Shown piece by piece: positions 11,372 through 21,350 of a DNA stretch of 22,497 nucleotides; positions within the stretch are counted from its first letter, which is position 1, and each line of letters starts with the position of its first letter. The position numbers and the translations under genes are program-made. The notes below the pieces were generated by a model. That model was not told the DNA's origin. It ran no database searches and was given only the letters and a program-made list of their open reading frames with translations. Source of the DNA: Vitrella brassicaformis CCMP3155 (lineage: Eukaryota; Protista; Chromerida). The DNA lies in contig CDMY01000769.1 of NCBI GenBank assembly GCA_001179505.1, positions 1-22,497 of the forward strand. Reading direction: 5' to 3'.

Positions 11372-12475
11372 CAGGCTGAGGAGCGGCTCACGTACGCGTG
11401 GCGGCGATGCCGGTCGACCCACATCAAAAACAACGGGTGGGCGTGTGGGCCTCTCTTCCTCCCCGACGAGTCGCGTTTGTCATTCGTGGTGGTGTTTGTG
11501 TATCTGGGACATAACAGGATCATCCTCAAGTGTCTGCTGCTGGTGCGGGCCAACCTCGGCAGGCTGCCCAAGCCGGGCATACTGCAACAACACGGGTAAG
11601 AGCGTGACTCTCCATGTGAGAGCGAATCTGTGTGAGTGTGGTGTGCATATGTATGCATCCAGGCAGCCGACGCTTGAGAGAGTGGCCGAGGCCGTGCGCA
11701 AGGGCAATGTCCGCGAATACAACGAAGGACTGGTCAGTCAGTCAGTCAGTCAATCAACCTCAGGAAGAGCGACGACAGCTGCCACCGACGGATGGATGGA
11801 TGGATGGGTGTGTGTGTATTCATTTCGACAGAATGCGTTGGAGCGTGAGAGTCTGCGCGATGGGACCTTCTTGATGCTGGAGCACCTTCGCCCGCTCGTG
11901 CACAAGACACTCTGCAGACGCGTGTACCTGCTACACACCTTCTTAGACCATCCATCCATCCATCTGTTCATTTCATTGGTTCATGCGTGTAGGTATGCGT
12001 ATCACCGTCGGAGGTTAGTGGAGCGGCAGCAGATGTCCGGTGGGCCGCCCCCCACAGCCAAGGAGATGAACCAGATGGACATCGCCATGTTCCACGCCGC
12101 ATTCGGCTGGCAAACAGACGACCCGGACTTCGATGCTGATGAGGTCCGTCGGTGGGAAGGGGGGGGTGGGGGTGGGGACGCATGGGCATCTGGAGGAAGG
12201 AATGTGTGTGTGTGTGTGTGTGTGCAGATGATCGGCATTCTGGCGAATCTGATCTACCTGGGGCACGTCAAGGTGCGGTGGGCGAATGCATCAATCAGTG
12301 AATGAATGCATGTCTGATCTGAGTGAGTGAGTGTGTGCCTTTACAATGTGCGTAAGGTCCTGTCTATCTACCTATCTGTCTGTCTGTCTGTCTGTTTGTG
12401 TGTTTGTGCCTATAGGGCTACATCTCGTATGAGCACCAGAAGAGCGTCTTGGCGCCACAAGACCCGTTTCCATAG
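10121..12475 (+). CDS. PCID2: PCI domain-containing protein 2 (PCID2/Thp1/Csn12-like, TREX-2 subunit), about 414 aa, 13 exons
   Basis: Exons 10121-10252, 10351-10502, 10612-10708, 10811-10978, 11051-11100, 11201-11288, 11375-11436, 11518-11595, 11663-11732, 11832-11923, 11993-12143, 12228-12272, 12416-12475; all in phase. Motifs YAYYVGKIYL, AEERLTYAW, GNVREYNEGL and the C-terminal [36 protein letters not shown] match PCID2. Confidence 0.93.
11343..11371. repeat. (GT)n microsatellite immediately before a PCID2 3' splice site
   Basis: Directly visible; ends at TCAG, acceptor 11374. Confidence 0.95.
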
Positions 12476-12590
12476 CTAGCTGGGAAGGAGGAGGGGCAGC
12501 TTGGTCCGCAAGTCACAGGGGCGTCTGATATGGGGGCTTGGTGGGGGCAGGGGGCGGTGAGACGCCCATCGCATTCAAAGTCCGACCACA

Positions 12591-14890
12591 ATGCGTCTGG
12601 TGCCCATGAAAGTAGCTTTTTGCACTGCTTTCCTTGCCTGCTTTTGGAGAGCGGCGTCCTCTCGTTTGTCACCGCCAAAGAAGGGTCAGCCACGAACGCT
12701 TGTTCTCCTGTTCGATGGGACTTTGGTCGATAGAGTCAAGGCCGAGATTGATGCATCCCTCCAGGCGGCAGAAACCTCAGAACTTCCAGGGTGGCTCCTC
12801 TCCAATGTGGGCCAAGTGTGGGAAAACATCGAAAGGTAGGGAGAAAATGCATTAACACATACTAGCGTAACGACAGGCAGAGTCTGACGGTCTCTCATGA
12901 AATGAACTGTGTCAAAGGTCGAATCCAGACCTGAAGGTCATCACGCAATACTTTGGTGGCGTGGGCACCGAAAAGGTGAGGCTGACGTACATACACCTTT
13001 TTACACGGTATTGTATGTCACGCATGTGCCCACAGCTTTCGCTGACGCTTCCTGAAAGGCTCGGACTCAGTCGGCCATCGGTGGGAGGCACCATCGGACT
13101 CCCATTGGCAAAACTGCGAGACAGCATCTCTGCAGCAACCGGCCATTCCCTCACTGACAGCGTCATAGACGCGATGCTTTGGCTGAAGGGAGTGAAGATG
13201 ACCAAAAAAGACCGCCTGTTTATCTTTGGGTGAGTGAGTCGGCCCAGGAAATTACAAGACACCACTCGTCTTTTCTCACTGAATGCAGCTTCAGCCGAGG
13301 GACTCTTCAGGCGCGGCTGCTCCAAGGTGTGGAAGCACTTATTCAGAGAAAGAGAGAGACTGATGTATATATACACAGGCCTCCTTTACACCTTTGGGCT
13401 GCCTACGACATCTCGAGAAATGGAGTATCTGCGAGAAAACAAGCATTCTCTCATTCGATGGTCGGCTTACACGGAACCTGAAGGGCTAGGCGCAGCGTAC
13501 ATGGCGGACGAAAGCCGGAGGAGACCCGTGTGGTTCATGGGGCTCTTTGACGCGGTAGCCGACACACTCACGCTAACATACAACGCTTCAAGTGAGTGAG
13601 ACATGTCAAAATGGATGCACGGAAGAAACATTTGGCGCTTGAGAGATTCAGGTCTGGTTCTGCGCATCGCTCCCACCACAAAGTTTGTACACCATGCCCT
13701 CTCTCTGGATGAAATGCGAGGCACCTTCGATGCCTTCCCTATCTCCTTCGAACCGGAGGCGTACAAGACCAAAATACATTTCAACACAACCACAGCAACG
13801 GTCATTACTAAGGGACATCTGAGCAGCTCCCTCACTCGGATACATGCACCTCCATTGGTTTCATGATGTCCACCTGTCCGCCTCTTCAGGAGCAACGTCC
13901 CTGCATCGAGAATGTGTGGTTCGCGGGCGATCATACAGACGTTGGCGGCGGATCGACCGAGAAGATCACGCTTTCGCAATTGCCGCTCAGGTGAGCAGGG
14001 AGCCTGCAGCACACATGACGGCAGGCCATTACAAGACTTGCTTCTAGGTGGCCCGTCTCTTCTGTTTGCACAGCTGGATGCTTCAAAAAGCCCAATCCGC
14101 CGGTCTGGGCTGAAAAGGGTCATGGCGCGACATGTTTGCGCCGTACAAGGCCATTCTCAATGCACACGTACACGATGAATCTCAGAAGCAGCAATGGAAG
14201 GTGAACAAGAAAATCTACCCATCCATGCCAGACAGTGACGCTGTGCCTCTCGTCTGGTCAATCAGATAATTTCGGTTGCCGCTTCCGCTCTCGCTCTTGT
14301 ATATAATGATGCGGGACGAATGGCCGCCGTGACGAAGCCGCGCGACGTATTCCAATGCGCCAAGAAAGGGCCGGATGTGCTCGACAGACCCTTGTTGCAT
14401 CGATCCGTGCTGGACCGTTTTCATCTCAAGTGAGTACCCAAAAGTATGAGTGTTCTCCTCTCGTGTGAACAGTGCTCTCTGCGTGTCTCTACAGTGGCGA
14501 GCTCCCCCGTTCATTGTGCTGTCAGGTCAGTACCCTCGTCCGCTTTGTGAAGCTGCGGAGGCTCCCCAAGTATCGGACGGCCGAGAGGACTACGAGATTC
14601 AGCTCAGAAGCGTTGCGGGCGCTCTTGGACGCGGTATGGAGATGTATTCGGTGTCGTTCACGGCTCCCGATAACCTGCTGAAAGACGAAGGCTTGCCCCA
14701 TAACTTCCACGATGGCATAGACTACTCCCCGACCGCTGATTCACCGACCTGTCGCCACCCTGACTTGCTGCAGAGCTGCTGCCTTGTGCTGCATATGCGC
14801 CCCACCTGTACTGTGGACGACCTGCACGACCTCATGGGGAGATACAAGAAAGCCCACAAGGAATGCTCAGCCATGGGTTTGAGTCCGTGA
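12591..14890 (+). pseudogene. DUF2235 / T6SS Tle1-like alpha/beta-hydrolase (phospholipase-like) gene with a signal peptide and an in-frame TGA at 14111-14113 (pseudogene, truncated allele or readthrough)
   Basis: Exons 12591-12835, 12918-12975, 13036-13229, 13289-13326, 13379-13591, 13652-13800, 13890-13990, 14074-14200 are in phase. Family motifs: LVLLFDGT, SNV, YFGGVGT, IFGFSRG (nucleophile Ser), FMGLFDAV (Asp), HALSLDEMR, VWFAGDHTDVGGG (His), LS.LPLSWM. TGA follows after 345 codons; the same frame resumes (…AHVHDES…W, then LLHRSVLDR in the next exon). The 3'-most junctions are uncertain. Confidence 0.8.
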
Positions 14891-15086
14891 GTCCACGGAA
14901 GCAGCGAGAAATTGCCGTGAAAACGAAGAGACTCTCGCTATGGAGATGAAACAAGTTTGTAAGTGTCGCCTGCCATGTCCGGCACTGACTCACATACAGA
15001 GAGATGCACATGGAAATACGCAACGTCCGCAATGCAGAGACAGAGACACGGGCCCCGCTCTACAGACCTGTGACACAGACCCGCCG

Positions 15087-15216
15087 CTACGCTGTCAGCT
15101 GTCCATGGCATAGCTGGCATGATTCAGTGTGCAGAACAGCACAGTGCAGCACACCGCAGCCCGCCTTCATCATTGGCTGGTCTTGCTCTCCGGAACGTCA
15201 ATCTCATGCTCAGGCC
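15087..15216 (-). repeat. 130-bp inverted copy of 20580-20709 (mL53 C-terminal codons plus 3' UTR)
   Basis: Reverse complement matches 20580-20709 with 5 mismatches in 130 nt by my count. Confidence 0.95.
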
Positions 15217-15674
15217 CAGTCAGCCGAATGACTCTTCATCGGCGAGGAACGAACACACGAAGCTCCCCACCGCCGACGTGTATGTCTGTTTGCCTCGCTG
15301 TCCGTGTGTGGTGTGTCTGTCAGATCATCCCTTTGAGCGAGTGTTGTAGCTATCAATGGACAGATGGATGGACAGATGGATGGATGGAAGTGTAGATGGA
15401 CAGCACGAGACGTGTTCATGTCCATGTGTGCTGATGACGCCGTGAATGCGTGTACCCGTGTTTGTCTTCTCTCTGGCTATCCGGCTGCTGTCTGTCTGTC
15501 GGCCTGCTATACAGTCCACCGCCCGCCGACACACCACGCACGCACAAGAGACAGATAGACGGACCGACGGACTGGAGTTCTTCGTCGCTCATAAACAAGA
15601 CAATCTCTGCCTGCCTGCCAGTCTGCCTGTCCGTCCGTCCGTCCGTCAATCAATCCCTCAACGAATCGAATGAA

Positions 15675-18600
15675 TCATCTTGCAATGTTCTCGGCCATGA
15701 GGTCTTCGGTCGGCAGGCTGTAGATGAGGGCCGAGTTGTCAAACTTGCTGCCAAACGTCAGCACACTCCCACCTGATTGATTAATGTGATCGATGCCATG
15801 CATCGATCGCACGGACGATCGGTCGACACACACACACCAACCAGCCCAGCCCCACAGGTACCCTACCGTAGCTTACCAGGTATGAAGTTGACTTTTTTGG
15901 ACTTGAGCAGGCCCGGGCGAGGGGGAAAGATCAGCTGCGGCGGACTCACAATGCCCTGGGCTGATTGCAATATGTAATGGCGTGGCGTGGCGTGGCGTCA
16001 AGGGAGGGGGGGTGGGTCACAGCGACACAAACAACGGTCACATGCATGTGCGGGCAGGTGCCACAGCAGAGGTGAGTGAGTGGGTCGCTTACTTCCATTG
16101 CCCACTTGGCCGGCGAAGCTGCTGCCCCAGCCGAAGATACCGACTGAGTGACACAACAGACAGACAGACAGACAGACACACATGGGTGAGGGAGTACTGC
16201 ATGGGGTGGATGGGAGGGTTGTGAGTGAGCCCACGTACTGTCTCGGACGAATGCCAGGCAGTGATTTTCCCCACAGTGGATGTCCTCGGTGAACGACTGG
16301 TGCGGCAGCTGCACACAAACACGGGAGGAGAGAGAGAGACGTGTGTGTGTATGGCTGTCTGGGTGGCATTAGGTCAGTCAGGTCACCTTGCACTGTCTGA
16401 GAATCTGCTGCTGTGCCTGCAGGTTGCGGCCACACTGGCCGAACATGTTGTTACCTGCACACACACACAGGTACCTACGGGGGTGGGAAGACAGACGGAG
16501 AGACACAAGAGAAAGGCTTTCTTTGCTTTGTGTGTGCGTACGTACCGCAGCAGAAGACAAAGTTGCGCTCTTTCCGCATCTCCTGGCCCTTCTCGTGGGT
16601 GTGGCTGATGTGCCTGCGTGGGTGGGCAGGCAACACAGACATACATGAATGAATGAGCATGGGTGTGATGTGCCTTATGGATGACGCGTGCGTCGCCGAC
16701 CAGAGCACGGAGGGCTCCTTGAATTTGAAGCACGTGTGCTCACCGCCACAGGCCACCTTCTCTGGCGCACTCCACACAGCTGAACACCCACACAACACAC
16801 AAAGCGGGCGTGCGGGTGGTACGGTACGCGTTGTTGTGTCAATATATTGTGTCATCGCGCCACAGACAGACTCACTGTCTTCATCTCCCGCCTCTGGCGC
16901 GAGGATGGGCACCGGATTCCACTGGATGTGCCGTTGATAGTAGCCGTACTTGACGCGGCTCGGAACCCTACCCACCAGACCTGATACGACAGGACACCCA
17001 CACACCCTTCTCTCGTTCCGATGATGGATGCCTCCAAGGATTCACATATGTCTCGCTTCTGGGATGGTATGTATGAATCATTCACCACCCCACCCCACCC
17101 ACCCACCGTGTCTGAGCTGTTCCTTCCAAGTGCCGCCCGTGACGCTGCCTGCACAATGAATGATCGACCGACACGCACACACATACACACGTGCAGTGCA
17201 GTGCAGTGCAGCAGCGGGCTGACAGACCGACCGACCGAATGTGGTTCTGCTGTCGCCCAGCGCCAGCTGGATCTTGTCGTCTCTGCCCCACCTGACAGAC
17301 ATTGATGAGTGAATGAAACAGACGATAGATACAAACAATGAGTGAATGCAATGTCGGTGTTTTGTGTCAGTCGGTCATCGAGGTGATTGTGGTGGGTTGG
17401 CTCACGCGAATGTCATTCCGTTCCTGTCGGTGGCCAGGGTGTGGTGCTTGCCGCACGCCACTCGCTTCACCCTGATCGAGGGGTCACCGAAGTCTACCTG
17501 CATGGACGCACACACACGCATACGCATGTAGGTGTGTAAGTACGCGTAATGGGTGTGGTGCACCCGTTGGTGTGCTTGGCCGGCTTGCCTTGTGTAGAGT
17601 GACGGGATCCGATGTGTATTTGTAGTTGGGCATCACGGCACACTCACCATGGTCATTGCCGCCATGCATGTCTGCACCACACCACACCACACCACACACA
17701 AAGAGACAGACAGACAGACAGAATCCATCCCCCTCCCCCCTCCCCCGCCCATTTATTCATTCATTCATTCATCGGCTTACAAAGCTCCCCACTTCTGGTG
17801 ACGAACCCCGCGTGGTCATGCCCCACACTCATCTGCGTCACATAGTCGTTCCACCACAGCTTCCAAAGGTTGGGTTCAGGCAGGCCCGGTAGTTTCTCAG
17901 GCGATGGCAGATCCACACCGTCACCCTCACTGTCATTGCCTGTGTTGACCTTGGCCTTGCCGACGAGCCAGAAGGACGTCTTGCCCGTGTAGTTGGTCGC
18001 CGTGACGTTAGTGTAGGGCGCATTGATGTCGACGGACTTGGCCGCCAGTAGCTCGGCCGTAGACATGTCTGAGGACGCTGGGCTTGCGTCACTCGAGCTG
18101 CTCATAGCCTCCATTTCCCTGTTTTTGTGGGCGGTAATCTGCTCGGCCATGTCGCGAATCGTCTCGGCGATCTTGTCGTAATAGTAGACTGCATGCGCGA
18201 CACAAGCCAGCCAGCCAGCCAGCCAGCCACACCAACAATGAATGGTTCGTTCTGTGTGTCTGCTGATGGACTGACCGATGTTGTTGTCACTGAGTGCGAA
18301 GATCTGTCCGCTGCCGCACTGGACGTCCTTGAACTTGAGGCCGCCCTGGTCCATCTTGAACGGCATCACGTAAACTGAGGTAACCCAGCCCACCGGCACA
18401 CGCACACACATGACATGCACACATGGCCATCCACCAGGGTACACATGTGACACATGTAGGGGGGGAGCACCTCTGGGTCCGTCGTCTCTCCTGGGTGCCT
18501 GGGTGCTGCGGATGATCTCGGGTTCCTTGCCGGTCACCCGGCGCTTGAAGGTGTACCTGGTCAGCCAGTTGATGACCCACATGGGCACCCAAAGCGGCTG

Positions 18601-19814
18601 CCACTCCTCCACTGGCTCCGCATCGGGATTGGTGTTCTTGCCAGTCACCTTGGCTGAACGAACCAAGCAACAAACAAACCAGAAATACATACATACATAC
18701 AACGCCCGTCGTGTCGTGTGGGTGGATGGGTGAGAACCATGAAATCATTCGCTCATTGTGCATGTGTACACGTGTGTCTGCGTATGTGTATGTGTATGTG
18801 TGCCTGGTATGACGTATCCCTCGTCGTCCTGCATGACTTCCGATGCCGTGGGCAGGTGGATGTCGTCGGCCTCCCCCCAGCTACCCCACACCCACAACTC
18901 ACCGCTGAACGTCAAGCCAGCTGACTCACGCAGACACCACACACACGCAAACACATACATGTGAGCAGAGAGAGAGAGAGAGGCATGGACCCGTGTCCCT
19001 CCCTCCCTCCCTCCCTGCCTGCCTGCCTGCCTGCCCGCATGCCTGCCTGACCTCCAAAAGTCGGCCCAAATGTGATTTGTTTCCAACCGAACTGGTTGTC
19101 TGGCGTATAATGACACACAAATGTATAATATTAGGAGAAATGCGGCAGTGTACACACGAGCCGGACAGTATCATTCATTGATCCATCCATCCATCCATCC
19201 ATTCTTTCTTTCCTTTTTCTTTCATGCTCTTTTGAGTGCTCACCCCTGAACCAGTCGATCTCCTGCGGCACCAGTATGTCTGTATGAATTGCAATGCAAT
19301 GCAGCACAACCAACAAAGGATATCAAACACAACACAACACAACACAACGCAGCATGCCATCCATCCATCCAGTCAGTCAGTCAGTCACACTCATTCACTC
19401 ACCGCTTCTGCCGCCTCCAGGATAAGCGAAGCGCTTGCCCCAGCAAAACACCTGCACGGCACACACGGACACGCCGGCCGCAGTGGGTGTGTTTGATTGA
19501 TTGATTGCGTGTTGTCCTGGCTGCAGGCACCTGCTGCTTGGGCGTCGGCGCATCTTTCGCCTTTGCGTGCGCCACCGAAGTCCGCCTCTTGTAGGACGTC
19601 AGCACATACACACCACACGTCGTCGTCAGACCTGCACAGAGAGATACACACAAAAGATGAGAAACAAAGGCGATGGAATGCAATGGTTGCGTCATCTACA
19701 CTTTCATTTTTTATGACCGATTGCTGCTGCCGACGCTCTCCATGACGGTGATCTTCGCAGCAGCACACTCCACGAAGGCATCCCTCCTCCTCTGCAAAAT
19801 GAAATAGCTCGCAT
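15675..19814 (-). CDS. RCC1-repeat (beta-propeller) protein with a probable mitochondrial targeting N-terminus, about 21 exons, roughly 650-700 aa
   Basis: Phase-consistent model from MRAISFCRGGGMPSWSVLLRRSPSWRASAAAIGLTTTCGVYVL to ...LMAENIAR*. RCC1 repeats: VFCWG, ITFGPTFGAGLTFSGELWVWG, MSVGHDHAGFVTRSGELYMHGGNDHGE, VACGKHHTLATDRNGMTFAWGRDDKIQLALG, VACGGEHT...CCGNNMFGQCG, IHCGENHCLAF..IGIFGWGSSFAGQVGNG. Two introns need GC donors. Confidence 0.88.
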
Positions 19815-19927
19815 CTCGTCGCTCTCGCAGGGCAGCAGTGAGCAGCACCAGCCCGCTCTGGCATGGATTGGTGACATGGATCTATCGAATGCATACCCAT
19901 GTGATTGAGCCGAAAGGCAGCAGCCGA
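19815..19927. promoter_or_regulatory. Putative compact bidirectional promoter (113 bp between divergent ATGs)
   Basis: ATG of the RCC1 gene (-, 19814) and ATG of mL53 (+, 19928) face away from each other. The spacer contains GATTGG (reverse CCAAT). Confidence 0.5.
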
Positions 19928-20626
19928 ATGAAGTACCGTCTGTTCCCTCCCGTCGGGCTGCTGACGTGTCTGCGGCGACTGCACATTGCCTACCACCCGG
20001 GGCGAGAAAAGACCGAAGCCGCAAGGTGATAGTCGCACTTGAACAATGAGAAAGGGCAAGGGCAGGGCAACTGATTGATGAGTGCGTATGCAGGCGGCTG
20101 ATAGTGTGGGCGACGTCTGAGCCAGTCAAGAGGCGGCATCCGCATCTGCAGGTTTCCTGGGAATTCCTTGCGTAAGGGACTGAGTCAGTCAGTCAGTCAG
20201 ACAGACAGGCAAACAGACAGGCAGACGGGTGTGTTGTGGGCGTGTGTGAATCGAGCCGAATCGATTGGGTGTGGACTATGGGTGGCTGTTGGGATGGCAT
20301 GCAGGTACGATTCGCCTGCCTACATGGATGTGGAGTACTCTGACGGACGACGGCAAAAGTGAGCAGAACGACCACCGAAGCCCCGCACTCACACCCTTCT
20401 CTGTTTCTGTGTGCCAGGCTGCTGATGGAAGAGTTCAGCTCGCGAGAGAAGCAGGCCATTGTCGACCAATGGAAAGTCACTGGTAGGGAGGGACACATAC
20501 ACCGCCAACGCACCAGATGCACTAATTCGTGTGTGTCGGCGTCCGTTCGTTGGCTCGTTCACAGCCAGCATGCAGCCGTGGCCTGAGCATGAGATTGATG
20601 TTCCGGAGAGCAAGACCAGCCAATGA
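19928..20626 (+). CDS. MRPL53: Probable mitochondrial ribosomal protein L53 (mL53), 118 aa, 5 exons
   Basis: Exons 19928-20025, 20094-20171, 20305-20358, 20418-20482, 20565-20626, all GT-AG and in phase. Protein: MKYRLFPPVGLLTCLRRLHIAYHPGREKTEAARRLIVWATSEPVKRRHPHLQVSWEFLAYDSPAYMDVEYSDGRRQKLLMEEFSSREKQAIVDQWKVTASMQPWPEHEIDVPESKTSQ*. The pattern follows mL53 as I recall it (F.P....E..R.FL...V.F.DG...L......E). Confidence 0.62.
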
Positions 20627-20709
20627 TGAAGGCGGGCTGCGGTGTGCTGCACTGTGCTGTTCTGCACACTGAGTCATGCCAGCTAGGCCTTGTACAGCTG
20701 ACAGCGTAG
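20580..20709 (+). repeat. Partner of the 15087-15216 inverted repeat; overlaps the mL53 last exon and stop
   Basis: Direct sequence comparison. Confidence 0.95.
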
Positions 20710-21350
20710 TGGGGGGCACGTGTCCGTTTCTATCCCTATCTCTAGCCAGTATGTCTCTGCGCGTTGCGCATTACCGTGTGCGTGTCCCTCGCTGTGGGTG
20801 AGCGTGATACCTGTGTGGGAATTGTGGACTATCTGTGTTTGCGCATCAAGTGGGTTGCGTACGTAAAGATTTCCTGCTTTCAATCGCTCCTGACAGAGGT
20901 CTCATCCATCAATCCATCCATCCAGTCAGCCGAGCACAAGCAAGTCCACGCACACACTCAGAAATGAATGACGCAAAGAAGGGCAGTCATGCAGCCATGG
21001 AGGAGGCGCATTAAATGTGCCTACTGCGCGTTGTGTGGTCACCTGGTCTGTCTGTCTGTGATCAGGTTGATTGTTGGCCGTTTTCTTGACGATTTATGGA
21101 TACGTCCGGCCTCCTTGTACAGCATGATTGAGACCATCGGACGCACTATCATCTGAGGTACAGAGACGAGGGCACACATATAGGGCATCCATATCCACAG
21201 ATGTGCAGACACATATGAGCACTCACTCACTGTGTTGTGCCCTGTGGTGTTGTGTTGTGTTGTGTTGTGTGTGCTGTGTGCAGTTCTGTCGTTGTGGCCG
21301 TTGCTATCGCTCAAGTTACTTTGTTTACCGTTCAGTTACTTTGTTTTCAG

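Noticed and set aside
11172-12305. 377-aa ORF in the supplied track
   Set aside because: It reads through several PCID2 introns (CVCVCV, SQSVSQ, WMDGW runs); the spliced PCID2 model explains it.
17761-18702. 313-aa minus-strand ORF as an independent gene
   Set aside because: It comprises three phase-compatible exons plus introns of the RCC1 gene.
15087-20709. DNA transposon (Pack-type) with 130-bp terminal inverted repeats
   Set aside because: No target-site duplication is visible, similarity fades outward rather than ending sharply, there is no transposase, and one arm is coding sequence of mL53.
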